From assembly GCA_044892525.1 (NCBI GenBank), contig CM097885.1:29202001-29266000 (forward strand): a DNA stretch of 64,000 bases. Reading direction: 5' to 3'. Below, in pieces: positions 1-13,572 of the stretch. Every line of letters begins with the position of its first letter. Position 1 is the first letter of the stretch. Source of the DNA: Schmidtea polychroa (lineage: Eukaryota). The notes under the pieces are model-generated. The model searched no databases. It had not been told where the DNA came from and saw nothing but the letters and a program-made list of their open reading frames with translations. Both the position numbers and the translations under genes were made by a program.

Positions 1-1909
1 ATTTTGAACATAATATTCAATCCATTCATCAATTTGAATTGAGATTTGGGCTCTTCTAAGTTCCATAGAGTGTAGTTTTTTTAAAAATTCAGATCCATTA
101 ACCATATCACTCTTATCTTATTGCCTGCTTCGACGCCTTTTAGGAACCAGATATTCTATATTTCCAATGACATCGACTGTTTTCAGATATTGATTTATCG
201 ATGTTATATCGAAAGGTTTGCGACGATTATCAAATTTGCATTCATATTCATTGGCCTAGCATCCTTGTTGTCATTGAAGTTTATACAATAATGATTTTCC
301 ATGCATATGCGTTACATTATTCTGCATTAAACGTTGATAATCATTTGCGTCAGTAATTATAGTTTTTTAAATTTGTATTATTTTTGCCAGTTGAAATAAT
401 TACATATAATTGAACATTTATATCCATAGAAGAAATTAACTTTTTAAACAAAAAATTTAAATTCCTCGGAAATTGACCTAATTCCAATATCAATTTCAAC
501 AATAATATGAAAAACTCACAAGAAATTGAACCATATCAAACAGGGGCATGCACACACACACACAATACAAAAAACAGGGAATATTCACGCAATAAATTGT
601 AAAAAAAACGTGTGTAATAGTGATAACAATTAAATAATTATAATAGTTAGATAATTATAACTTTTTATCAAACATTTATTTCTTTTTACAAAATTCTTTG
701 TTTATCATTGAATCTGTTTCTTTTGAAATTAAATTTGAAATATTGGATAAGCATAAGTTAAAATTCTTTTTTAATTTGAAAAACATAAACTTTTCAAACA
801 CTCGTTTCACAATCTTCGCAATTTCCTATGTAATGAAAAGTATCAGAAAATGACGTAATACGCTATTGCCCGTTTAAAGAAAGTCAATAATAATATATAC
901 AATATAAATGGAAAAGAAATTAGTGGTGAAATTTGAACAAAAATTAATAATGTTTTTACTATTAGTGTAATATTATATTTTTAAAATTGTATTAATTTTG
1001 TATGAAAATGTAATTCTAATATGAGTAAAGGTTGAGAGAATAATAAATTATTAATATTTAATTTGCAAAAAAGAAAAAATTATTTTTTATTAAAGAATGG
1101 TATTTGCAAATATATCGTCTCAAGCTTCGTGTTTGATTAGTGGGTTTCTAATGATTTTGGTAGGATTCAAACTTATCTCTGGCTTCGTGGGTTCTTGTAT
1201 AACTAACTCAATACAAAAAAAATTGGATAATTTTTTTTTTCACAGATCCAATCAACCGAACTTTAACAAATAAATTACAAGTTATAAACTTTAAATAATC
1301 CTCAAATTTGAAATTTCGACAATTACGCACTGAAACGCATTTTTTTCATTTTCCATAATTTGTAAAATTTAATTTTGGTTTTATCTCCAAATCAATAAAA
1401 ATACACATTTCAAACTTGTGTTTTCCAAAAAAAATAAATAATAACCAACGTCAACAGAAATTTTGTATTTTTTACAATTTCATCTTCCTAAGTTCGCCAC
1501 AGAAATTTCAAATTATATTTTCATATACTACCTGCCTTTACCTTCCCCGTCAGAAAATTATTGATTTATACATTTTTCCAATTTTTAATTAATTTTGCAC
1601 TCAAATTTTGATTTTTAGAATTTATATTAATTGCAAATTAATATGCAAATTTTAATTTTACACTTTATCATAATGTGTTTACGGACTTTTACAAATTATT
1701 TAAAAGTCATGAAAATGAAACATTTATTTATAGTTGCCTTATTTGTCTTTGTAAATGGTGTTATGAATTTCAGTAATCATGAGATGTCTTTGCAATATAT
1801 ATATATATATATATCGAATGAAATATTTGACATTTTTCGTTCTACTCGATTCTAAATTTCTAAAATTCTAAATTTGCATTTTCAAAAGAGTTATGCTATT
1901 CAATGTTAG

Positions 1910-2476
1910 GCAATGCAGGAAGTGGATCAGTGGGACCGAGTAATAAAAAACCAAAAATATCCAATCCCTCAAATCGTCAACCAGGGCGACCTCCTTTGAT
2001 GCCAGCACCTAGCTCGGCATATACCAGCCGGCCATACGTAGCTAATGTAATATTGACATGATGAAATCAGATATATCGTTTCAATATTTCCGTTTCTTAT
2101 TTAGGAAATATTCCACAGCAATCGAGCAATCAACACTATTTCATCGATTTCCGATACATCCACCACTGATTCGAATGGTTTAAAAATTAGCTCCATCAGC
2201 TCAGGAAGCCGTGGAGTCAGTGTAAACTCTTCACAGATCCGATCAAATTCATATTATCCAGTAAATCGTGGCAACGGCTTGCAACGAACAAACACTAGCA
2301 CCAGTTCAGTTGTACAATTGGGATCGGGTTCCCAGATTCTCACAGTTGACTCCTCGAGTAACGCAACCACAAACACGCTGAGGCCGAAAGTAAATTATAC
2401 AGTTTATCCTAGTTAAACCAGATGAAATATATCTTGAATTACTTTTCAGATTTCTTTTCATTTGTTATGTGAATAG
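1910..2476 (+). CDS. Last three exons (1910-2046, 2105-2389, 2450-2476) of an unidentified host gene with a Ser/Asn/Gly-rich C-terminus ending ISFHLLCE*
   Basis: Two GT-AG introns of 58 and 60 nt keep one frame open across all three exons to a TAG at 2474-2476. AATAAA follows near 2558. Upstream exons were not resolved. Confidence 0.7.
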
Positions 2477-2690
2477 CTATTGGCTAATGAAATTCGTGTT
2501 TTCATTGGCTGATATATAAATAGAAAGTAAATAGGTCAATTTTAGACATTTAAAAATCAATAAATATACATCATATGTTGGTTAATAAAAATAATATTTC
2601 TACTGTACAAAATACACTGATGAGAAAATCGATACTTCATAAATACTTCATGTTGTTATTGTGAACTACGTATTCATAGTTCTAACTGCT

Positions 2691-2955
2691 GTTGTCATGG
2701 TAACGATTTAATTATTTTATCGTTATGGTGAGCAATGACCTATTTTGGGTTGACCATAGTGACTAACTACTTTATGGTATGTGTAAATATATTTTTAAGG
2801 TTGCTATGGTAATTCTCGTATTTGAATGGTTGCTAAGAAAACCCTCGCGCTTTAATGGTTACTATGGTAATTCTCACGACCTAATGGTTGCTATGGTAAC
2901 TGTCGCACATTTTAATGGTTTCTATATTGGTTTATTTCCTAATTACCATAGTAAC
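2691..2955. repeat. ~29-bp degenerate tandem repeat carrying RFX X-box-like motifs
   Basis: GTTGTCATGGTAAC (2691), GTTGCTATGGTAAT (2800), GTTGCTAAGAAAAC (2829), GTTACTATGGTAAT (2858), GTTGCTATGGTAAC (2887) and a reversed copy at 2942. The central copies have a 29-nt period. Confidence 0.7.
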
Positions 2956-3769
2956 CAATGACTCATTTTGTGGTTTTTATTGTGAAAAATAATTTACTTC
3001 GATGACCAACTTTTCCTTAACTTAAAATTTGGTTGTGAAAAATCCTATTTTATTGAATTTATTCGATTTGTAAACTTCATAAGAACATTTACAATTTGCT
3101 TAAAAAAAGTAAGTAATTCCAAAGCAAAAAAAGTGAAAAAATAAATGAATACCAAGAATATATATGAAAATTAAAAATGAAAAGAATAAAAGTATTTAAA
3201 GAAAAACAAGTCTTGACAGTACTAATGATATCATCTCACTGATTATTATTAGTTTTTTGTTGTGATTTGTTGTCTTGTTCTAACTGGAAACTTGTTTAAA
3301 CAATTGAATACAAAGTTTGGCCCATTACAAAGTTATTTTTGTACAGTGAAACATTAATATTACATACCGAGTTGGACTGGCCTATCAAGCTACCGGCGGA
3401 CCGTGCCGAATGTTAAATAAAAAATGTTTCTCTTAACAAAAAATTTCCTCAGAAAAATGAAAACAAAATTAAAAACAAGAGCAATTTTAAATTTTATTAA
3501 AATTAATTACTTTCAATATGGAAGGATTTTTAATGGAATTTTAAAAAAATCTGAAAAAAAAGAAAATTTTCAAAATTCAAATACATCAGTAATGCCCACA
3601 ATATTTAAAATTTTCTTAAATAAATAGTGCTAATTTAAAAAATTTTCATTTTTATTAATACCATTCATTAATATTATTAGCTAATTTTTCAAAATCAATT
3701 GAATCATCATCGCTATTTTAAGTTGAATATTTAAATTTGAATTTAGTAATCGATTCCTGTGTTTATTTT

Positions 3770-3941
3770 NNNNNNNNNNNNNNNNNNNNNNNNNNNNNNN
3801 NNNNNNNNNNNNNNNNNNNNNNNNNNNNNNNNNNNNNNNNNNNNNNNNNNNNNNNNNNNNNNNNNNNNNNNNNNNNNNNNNNNNNNNNNNNNNNNNNNNN
3901 NNNNNNNNNNNNNNNNNNNNNNNNNNNNNNNNNNNNNNNNN
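3770..3941. other. Assembly gap (N run)
   Basis: Run of Ns. Confidence 1.
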
Positions 3942-5371
3942 GATATAAATTCCAAATTGATTTTTTACACATATTTTATCTTTTTAGTTTTTTAGTCTCT
4001 TTCGATTGTAGATTAATGATAAACAATAATTATTGATTTCAAGGTTAGGATAATTGTTTCGAAAACTTTAATAAATATGGAAGTTTAAAGAGTAGGCTAA
4101 CGCGTGTCAAGTAATCTGTTGAAAATATTGGTTGTTTCATGAAAATCGATTTTTTTTTTCATTTTACTTTTTTTATTGACTTTGATTTACCTCATATTGA
4201 TCAAGAAAGCGTAGAAAAATTTAATTTCTTTTGAAAGAATAAAAGAACTTTACCTGATTGTAAATTAATTCTCAGTCCAGTCCTGATTGCACATGGAAAC
4301 ATAGTTAAAATTAGAAATGCTTATATTTAAGTGTCGATTATTTATAATAAAATATGAAATAGGAAGTTTTTAACACTTCAAATTGATAATAATAAAATTT
4401 TATTGAAAATATAATTATTATGAATTCAGAAATCAATATTTGTAATGGTAATATTTGATATTTGCTGCTCCCATAATGCTTTTGTTTGCTATGGCTAGGT
4501 GATCTATTAGATTTTAAATAGGGTATTTTTTGTTTCAGGGAAAGTATTTGAAAAATAAGATAGCCAAAAGACGAAAAGCATTTATTTTTTACAGCGTCAA
4601 AGTTCTTAGTTTTCGCCTTTGTAAATATTTCTGCCTTCTGATGATTTTGGTTTAATGTTTTCCTCAATTTTACCCACTAGCGTAGTTTTTTAATTAAAAT
4701 CTTTCTTTTTGTTGTTTACTTGATTTGTTTACTTGTAATATTTTATTTTTATTAGCTATTGATCGAAAATTTATTTTCCAATTTAACACAAACTTTCTAT
4801 ACTGCTTTTAGCAATTGCAATATGCTTTATTGAATAATTTATGAAATAAATTATTAATTATTACTTGAATGGATTTTTATAGTTTGAATTTATAGTGCTC
4901 ATAAACATAATAATGTGCATTTAAATTTTATTCTAGGAAATTTTCATTTGTAAATTCCAGTTATTGATATTAAGAATCACAATAATAAATTCAATCAACT
5001 AATTAAATCTGTTACTTATGTCTCTAAAATTTCATGACGTAACAATAGAATTTATTTTTTAAATATTTATAAACCAATTGAAACGTTTTATTGGATTTTT
5101 AAACTTGAATTTATGATAAATAGTTTTTATAAAAAACTAGTTAACAAAACATGATAAATTCGACATTATTTAACAGTGGTTTATCACAAATCGTTTAATT
5201 TTCTGAGTGCTTAAGAGCGTTATCATGATCTTTTATACAGTCATAACACATGTTGTAGTAATTGGATAATGGCATTTTTTGGATATTGGAAAAATTGCGC
5301 TATGCACTTATATTATCTACAAAGTGAACACTAATAGGTTCACGTCATCAAAAATAGAACAAAATTGGTTA

Positions 5372-7955
5372 ATAGGAAGAATGAGTCCTATAGTTACAAG
5401 TTAAGGTGATTTTTGATTTTTTGCATAAATTAGCATGTATGCTTGGAGTGGTTATAAAATCAAACCTTTGTTTCAAATGTCTTCGGTGATATGTATTAGG
5501 AACATAAATGTTCATAATAGATAAATTTTCTAAAATAATTATTTTGAAATAATTTAGATTTTATTCGATATTTATGTACATGTATAAAACTGTAAATAAA
5601 ATATTTACCAAGTCATTTCTTCAAAAAATGTTGTCCCAGTAACCATTTTTTATTTTGCGCAATATGGGTCAAGGCAGTAGGGGTGGTTGGTACATTTGAT
5701 AAATGTAAATAAAAGTATTTTAAATTCATTATTATTATACTAGCCTAGAAAATAAAGTCTTTAGGTGGTCACGCATTTAGTACAGACAAACATATTTGTA
5801 AGAATTCAAAGATTTCATTAAAGATTTGTTAGTTCAAAATTTTGCCAGTTGTTAAGTCGATTATTTAAACAACTTTTATTCTGACTACTGGGTCGTTTCT
5901 TAAACATTACTGAATTAACATTACTACCTTAAATTACTCACATTGTTTTTTTATGTTTAATTTAATTATAATTGATTTTTGATATTACAATAATTCAGTG
6001 TCAATTAATTTAAAATCTGATTAATATAATATTAATAATCCTTACAGTGTTAATTGTAATTAACATATTTTTTCCAATTAAATAATAGAAATTCATTTTT
6101 TTCACCAAAAGATAAAAAAAATTTAATTAATACTAAGTATTTATCCGTGGAATGAATTTCTTTCGTGGAATGAAAATTTGTAAATTTGGACAACTGCTGA
6201 AATTAAAGAAAAAATAGATTAAACAAAAAGATAAAAAATAGTTAGTCATCTACCATTTCTTACACAAATTTCATTTTAACTAAAATAATAATTACAAACC
6301 GCTCATTTATTACAAGGAATAATAAGTTAGTAAGTATATCAAATACTTTTATACATATTTTACATTTTTGTAAAACGGTTGTTTCTATTGATGCAATGCC
6401 AGAGAAAAGAGAAATTGTCTAAAACCATTGAAATAAATTGTATATGAAAAAACATTAAGATTATGTTCCGTTAAAACTAGAAATTGTGCTGGGAGCTCAA
6501 GGTCAGGGACTCATATCGCCAGGGTTCAAAGGTTTATACATGTATCTTGCATAATCAGATGGTTGTTATCTAAAATAATGTGATGAAATATTTTAAAATT
6601 TTGCATTACTTCCACTTTATAATACAAATAAAGTCGTTCAATCATACGATGGATATTTCGAAAAATTACAAAGGTAAACATAAATGTAAGGAAATCGCTC
6701 TACTATAAGATGATTTTATCTGAATATTCTATATTAGAAAATGCCAATAAAATAATAATATAGTGTAGATAATTTGAAATTCTTATTACTGTATTTTCCG
6801 GACATTCAGTCCTTCTAAGATTTTTTAGTAATTAAAAAAAATTATATTATAGCTCTTTTCAGATCATCTATATTGAATAAAAAAAATCTATATCAGATGG
6901 ATTAATCATAGTTGCATCTTTATCGCTATCAGTAGCTACTTGATAAAATTGAATAATTTTTTAGTAAAAATTTCCCTTTTATATAATGATTAGAAGTAAA
7001 AAAAAGCTATTAGCTAGAGTATAAAATAAATATTGTCGAAGAATCAAAAGGCCAAAGCTTAACCGAATTCTGCAAAGAAAAAATGCTTGATTTAAGAATT
7101 GTCAGACAATGGGATGGGGAATATAATCTTATTCCACAAAAAAATAATGGAAATTTTAAAGTACGTTGAGTTGGCACACGAGCTAGAAGATATGATTTTT
7201 GAATGTTTACAACAGCAAAGATCGAAGTTTTTGTTGTTCGGAGATCAAACATTTAGAATCTTGCTATACAATTAGCAACACAATTCGATATTTCGTTGGA
7301 TAAATTTAAAGCATCGCAGCATTGTATAAATGGATTTTTAGAGAGATGTGAATTATCTTTAAGAAGATCAACGACATTATTTAAGCTGGACAATTTAATT
7401 TTTCAACAATATCAACAGTCAAAGCCAAATTATGATTCCATCAGGCATGACTGCTTATCTTCAAAGCTTAGACATTGGCATGAATAAGCCGTTTAAGGAT
7501 TTTATTCGAGAAGAAATAAACATTTATATTAAAACCAAAAGAGCGGAATAAAAAAGGTAAGTTTATTAAATCCAAGTTGAAGGAGGTTTTTGCCTGGGTC
7601 AAATATGCTACGAGTAAAATTTCGGGTGAATGTGTATCTAATGCTTTGCATTAGGGTATTTACATAGATCTTCTTCGTTTGTTACTTCTTCCGCCATCGT
7701 TAAATATAGTTAGAGTCACAGATGGGGCCTGCAGATCTTTCAGCTTTAGATGAGCAAAATGATGTTTTGGAAAAAGATGAAATGGTTATTCTTGAATAAA
7801 ATCATTTTAATTAAATTTATGCACATACTCCTCTGATGGAGTCTTTATAAAAAAAAGATAATTGGGTATTTTTTTAATAGTTTGCGAACTAATTTATGCA
7901 AACCGATGCCTTTCAAAATCACCTTAACTTGTAACTATAGGACTCATTTTTTCTA
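5372..7955 (+). mobile_element. Degenerate, internally deleted pogo-type (Tc1/mariner superfamily) DNA transposon
   Basis: Inverted repeat ATGAGTCCTATAGTTACAAGTTAAGGTGATTTT at 5381, with its reverse complement ending at 7947. Broken frames give a CENP-B-type HTH motif (FKASQHCINGFLERCELSLRRST) and a DDE_1 motif (IPSGMTAYLQSLDIGMNKPFKD) at about 7150-7520. Exact ends are uncertain. Confidence 0.65.
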
Positions 7956-10900
7956 GTATATATACGTTTCGTACTTGTTAAAGTCTCACAACCAGTTGCA
8001 TTAACACATCAAAAAAAATTGTATGTATATAAGATTCACGCCAATAAAACTTTCGCAAAATTTTTTAATGATAAATATAATTTATTATGAATGACTATTT
8101 GTAAGTCTCACTTATTTTTCACAATTTAATCTATTTTTACTCTATATTAACTTCTCCGATGTAAGTTTGTATGTGCCACGTAAATTTTGTGAGGCCAAAT
8201 TAACCTACTTTCCGTGATTGGATTGAGCTGAAATTTAGCAAGTAAATGCGTTGTCTAGAACACTGCATACTATCAAAATTTCAGATCGATCTGATCACGG
8301 AAAGCGGGTTAATTAAAAAAAATATTGATGTGTCAAATCTAGTGTTATTTACTTATTTCAATATAAATTCTTATTTATTCATTATCTTCGGATTAAAGAG
8401 ATAACGTAATTATATCTAAAATATGTTGAAATTAACCCAAATGTTGCCACCGTCCTTATATATTTTTTTATTTTGCATACGCTAGTTATTTAGAGATATC
8501 TATAATAAGAATGTGTTTAGCACATCACAATTACAAGTCTTTGTTTAAAACTTTGTTAAAACTTCTTTGTTTAAAATAACTTTATTTAGCTACTTTAAAT
8601 AAGATTTTACTAATTTTATGTTTTTTTTGAATAAAATAGTTTTGGCAACATCTGGGTTAAGGCAGTGAAATTTAGAAAGTTTCGAAAATCATGTTTTTTA
8701 TGGTTGATTTTCTATCTCTTAGTATTTTGAACGAATAAAAATGCAATGGTTTTTATTTACATTTCTTAAATTTAACGGAAATTTTTGACATCAGGGGACT
8801 CGAAACAAATAGATTTTTTGTACGTAAATATTACAAATAAATTGAGATCGAGATGATAGAATTAAAATTTTTTCGGTTGTGAGTTCCAAAATTTCCGTCT
8901 CCCTCGATTCAGAATTAGTTGTAGAATTTTTGAAATAGTTTTCGTTGATACAGTCAGCCTTGTTTTATTTCCTTTTATTACTTTGAATTCTTTCTGAACT
9001 TTTTGATCAAGGTGAAGAAACTTAACTGAAAGTAATATAGAGTTGTTTGTATTTTCAAGTCTATTTGACATAAAGATTAATCTAATTGTTTTAAATGATG
9101 ATTTACTCGAAGAAGAATGTATTTTATTCAATTTAAGGATAATTTTGGAATCATGAAATGAATACCAATCCAAACATTTACTCACTACTATTTTTTTTAA
9201 ACTTAGCCTTTTAATTTTTTCTTTTTAACAAAAATATTTATAAAATTTAAAAATCTTAAAACGTTATGGATTAATATGTTGATATTGAACTGTATTTTAA
9301 TAGAAAATTTATTTTTCACAATTTCAATACTTTTTTACAATGGATCGGGAGGGAGACGGTAGGTGAAATCGTTGTCTCTATATGAATAAGATTTAATCCA
9401 AATTATGTCATTATTTTATTTATAATATTCTAAATTTAATAATTTGTTTTAACTTATAATGAAATTTCAATTCTCGCTGATTTTTCTATGTCATTATTTA
9501 TTCAAAAAACTTTCTTTAGCTACTTTTACTGACTTCGAATTATCGTGTTTGTTTTCGTAAATGACTGGCTGTATATTTGGGATAAAATGAATTAAAATCA
9601 ACAATAATTGCCATGTGCGTGTGTATGCCTAATGTTTTAAATCGTATTTTCTCTATAATGTCTCTGTAATATCTACTTGAAAGATTTGTATCCGAATGTG
9701 CCATGAAAATATGTTTGAGAATTATTTCTTTTCTCTAATTAGAAGATGACTTATTTTATCTACAGTCACTGTTTCAGGGTAAAGGAAATTATTTTCTTTC
9801 GTGTAATACATATTTCTGGTTTACAATTCTGCATTGTTTTCATTCACAATATTTCGTGATTAAATATTTTATCAAACGCAGTAATTATTGATTTGCACTT
9901 TCAGTTATTTAATAAATCCCAGTAAAATACAAATATTTATTTATTTATTAGACTAAATTCAATTCAATTTAGACTTACTATTTTCTTATTAAATATACCT
10001 ATAAGACGGGCAGTTTTCTAGGTCTTCGGAGTGCAGTGTGCCAACTATGAAATAAGAACTACTAATACCAGATTCATACATGACAAGTAAAATAACAGAC
10101 AAGTTTAAACTTGACTATAAACATATCTAACACATGAAACGGAAGTGTCCGGCATTTTTCGCTTAAATATAATGAAATCGGATAAATACGGTCTTCGTCT
10201 ATTTGCCACGATTCTTTTTCATGGGAATATGCGGTCTTCGGCACGAAAAGGTTAAATAAAACAAAGTTAGAATTAGATTTAATTATCAAATTATTCCCTA
10301 AATAATACATCTTGTCATGTTTCTAAAAATACCTTCAAAATCAACAGTTATGATAAAAACACGACCATTTCAACCCCTAAAAGAAGTTTAATCTCCGTGT
10401 TAGGGTTTAGAAATAAAGAATATGGATGCAAATATTCATTTGCAAACTCACCTTCATTTATTAAACTTTTTGTGACGAGGAACATTGTCCATTATAAAAA
10501 ATTACATTTTTGTTATTATTACTAGTTAGATTTTACATTAAAACGATATATTCTATATTGAATTTCAAAAAATTCCTCTGTGAACATTATTAATATTTTA
10601 TAATGTATCTAAATAATTTTTTGAAGTTGTTAGAACAACCCTTATTCCAATTAACACATTTTTTGTTTATTTCAATAACATTCGATTTATTGTTTTATGA
10701 GTGATCTTGACAATAACTTAAATATAATGAACCTCAAGATTTTAAAATATTATCTAAAATTCATAATGATTCTCTATAAGTCAGTAAAATGCGCCTATCA
10801 AGATTTTTTTTTGAAAAATATGGGAAGAGTTGGAAGCATAAATTCCCTGAACTCATTGCAAAAAAGCTCGTGCTTTAAATTGGTCAGTTCAATGGCCTAT

Positions 10901-12388
10901 AATGCTTCTTTTGTCTTACAAACAAATCCATAATTTCTTGCTAAAAAGTTTGACATTACTCCTTAACTACCTCTGATGTTTCAGAAGGTAATGGGATCTT
11001 TCTAAAAAAAAATATATGTATTCATTTTTCGTTAGTTATTTATTGCCCTAACACACAGGATTAATTTTGAAGGAATAGATTATTGATTTGAAAACTAAGT
11101 TGCCTTTATTTAGCATGAATGCCTGGCTCCTTCCGTCTTTCGTTTAATGATAATAAAAAACAATAGAAAAATCTAAACTAGTCAAATAAAAATATAAATT
11201 ATAATGAATAAATAAGTTATATAAAATTCAATCTCAAACATCTAAGACTTTACGTCCACTATATGCCTTACAAAGTTCCAGTTATGTTTATACACTTTTG
11301 CCATAAAGTTGCTGTCAGACAACATTTATATTGAGCACGCGCGCAATATCTCCCAAATATGTAACCGAATATCGGTTGTTATAAACGACTACCATGGTGT
11401 AAAGTGCTTCATTTATTAAAGTATTCTTTTTTCTTCTTTCCGGTTGTTGTATCTAGCTCAAGTTGACGACGATTAATTTGATTGTAATATTGCTCATGTT
11501 GTAGTTTTGTTAGGGTCGGGTGAGCAAAATCAACATCATTGTTGAAAGCATTGTGCTAACCCTCGATTGGATTGAGGCAGGTTATCGATGAATCTGTAAT
11601 ATTGATTCCACAGCAATAATTAACTAACTACATTTAAAAAATAAACTTATTACTCTATTTAAATTAACTTAAATCTATACCATTTTGTATATTGTACCAG
11701 TTTGTCCGGTCACCATATAGAAACATTTATATTAAAATTGGAATCCAAATTAAAGACATTTATTTATAACTTTGAATTGCAAGTCGTTAATGTATAAGTT
11801 ATCAAATAGAAAGATCAAAATTTAAATAATACTATTTTATATAATTCACAATAATCCATTTAATTTATAATGTTACATGTTTTTTATCATGTTTTTTATC
11901 ATGTTTTTTATCAATGTTTTGTTTTTGTCTTACATATCATCCGGTTTCCGAAAATGGTTGTAAATTATTTAATAATTTTCTAAATTCTAAGGACCCAGAG
12001 TTTGTAACGTATATATTAAATTAGTCATTGAAATCCATATTTAATTGTATGAAAATTGTTCAGAATTGTGAAATTTTTGGAAAATAGCTACAATTATGGT
12101 AAAAACCACTTGCGGATTCGAAAACATCAATTGAGAAAAGTTTATCGGAGTCTGGCACATCTCTAATTAATTCCTTACTTAATCTTTCAAACATAAGGGT
12201 TTATAACACTTTATAACAGACATGCATATTCCGTAAATGTTCCTCTCTACTATTGCTATTTCATTCGTTGTTTTGTGGTTTAGTTTTTTAATAGGTGCTC
12301 TAATTCAATCCACTTGTAAAACTTCGTAGACATTTCAATATTATCGCAATATACTGAATATACGATTGAATTCGAATTTTTTATTCAG

Positions 12389-12574
12389 AATATCCAACCT
12401 GTTATTTCTGTGGTGCCTTTGAGTCCCAGAGGTTTGACTACAACTGACAGTGTGATTTCAAATGTATCCATTTTAGGAAATTCAAACAAAGACGACAATG
12501 AACATAGTGTAATGGACAAAGATTCGAGTTCCTTTAAAGTTACATCCAAGGATGAAGCGTATGCAAATCTAATA
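12389..12574 (+). CDS. Putative isolated host exon (62 codons, phase 0-0)
   Basis: TTTTATTCAG acceptor and GTATGT donor flank an open frame (NIQPVISVVP...AYANLI). No family recognised. Confidence 0.4.
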
Positions 12575-13259
12575 GTATGTTTATCGTATTAACTTTTAAT
12601 TTAATCCCAAAAACTCACTTTAAACTTCAAACTTCTATCTCTTAATAATAATAACAATAATTATAATAAATAGTTAAACATACATGGCAATGATTTAATT
12701 ATAAGATAACGCCAATCAAACATTCTTTTCACGATATATTTTGACAATTTTCCTTTCATCATCAGGTGGGATATAATAACTAATTAAATTAAGGATTTTA
12801 AACAAATTTATTAATTATATATAAAAAAAATTTTTATTTTATAAAAACATTTAATTATTTTTAAAAAAATTATACTTAAATTAATATATTATTTTTTTTT
12901 AAATTTTAGCATTTAAAATTTAATTTAATAATTTAAAAATTTTTTATTGATTATTTAATTTAATACAACAATCAATACATACAATATACAAAAATTATTA
13001 TTTAAAAACACTCAAAACACAAGTATTTACTGCATTCTGCACATTGATCTTCGGATTCAATGATTTTATCAACAACGCCTCACAAATCACACGTTCCCAA
13101 TAATTATCGAAATTTGTTAATAAAATTTTAAAATCAGACATACCTATTTTAATCTTACAGCCCTTATTGTAATTATAATAATAATTATAATAATAAATAC
13201 AATGTCAATGGAATTAAATCAGAGGTGAAAATTGAAAATAGTTCTTGTAATAATAATAC

Positions 13260-13572
13260 TATAAGAACTTTTTTTCCAATTTCACCACTGATTTCTTTTC
13301 GATCGTATTTCTTAAAAAAAGCCGAATATTCGTGAATATTAAAAAGATCGATATATTTATTGATCGTAGTCTTCAAGCTTTTTAATAAATTGTGTATAAT
13401 AATAATAATAATATTAATAATAATAATAATAAATAAATATTGAATTTATTATAAAGAGCTTGAAGACTACAAATCAGTAATATATCGATGTTTTTGATAT
13501 TCACGAATTCCGGCACTGCCTTTTTCAAGTGAAAAAAATATCAGTGGTGAAATTGGAAAAAAATTTCTTATA
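13260..13572. repeat. Imperfect foldback / MITE-like inverted repeat
   Basis: Arms of about 130 bp (e.g. TTCCAATTTCACCACTGAT vs ATCAGTGGTGAAATTGGAA; GTAGTCTTCAAGCT vs AGCTTGAAGACTAC) surround an (AAT)n loop. Confidence 0.7.

Noticed and set aside
820-1290. Upstream exons of the host gene ending at 2476
   Set aside because: Several candidate AG/GT pairs exist but I could not assemble a consistent frame.
3737-4036. ORFs spanning the N run
   Set aside because: Artefacts of the assembly gap.
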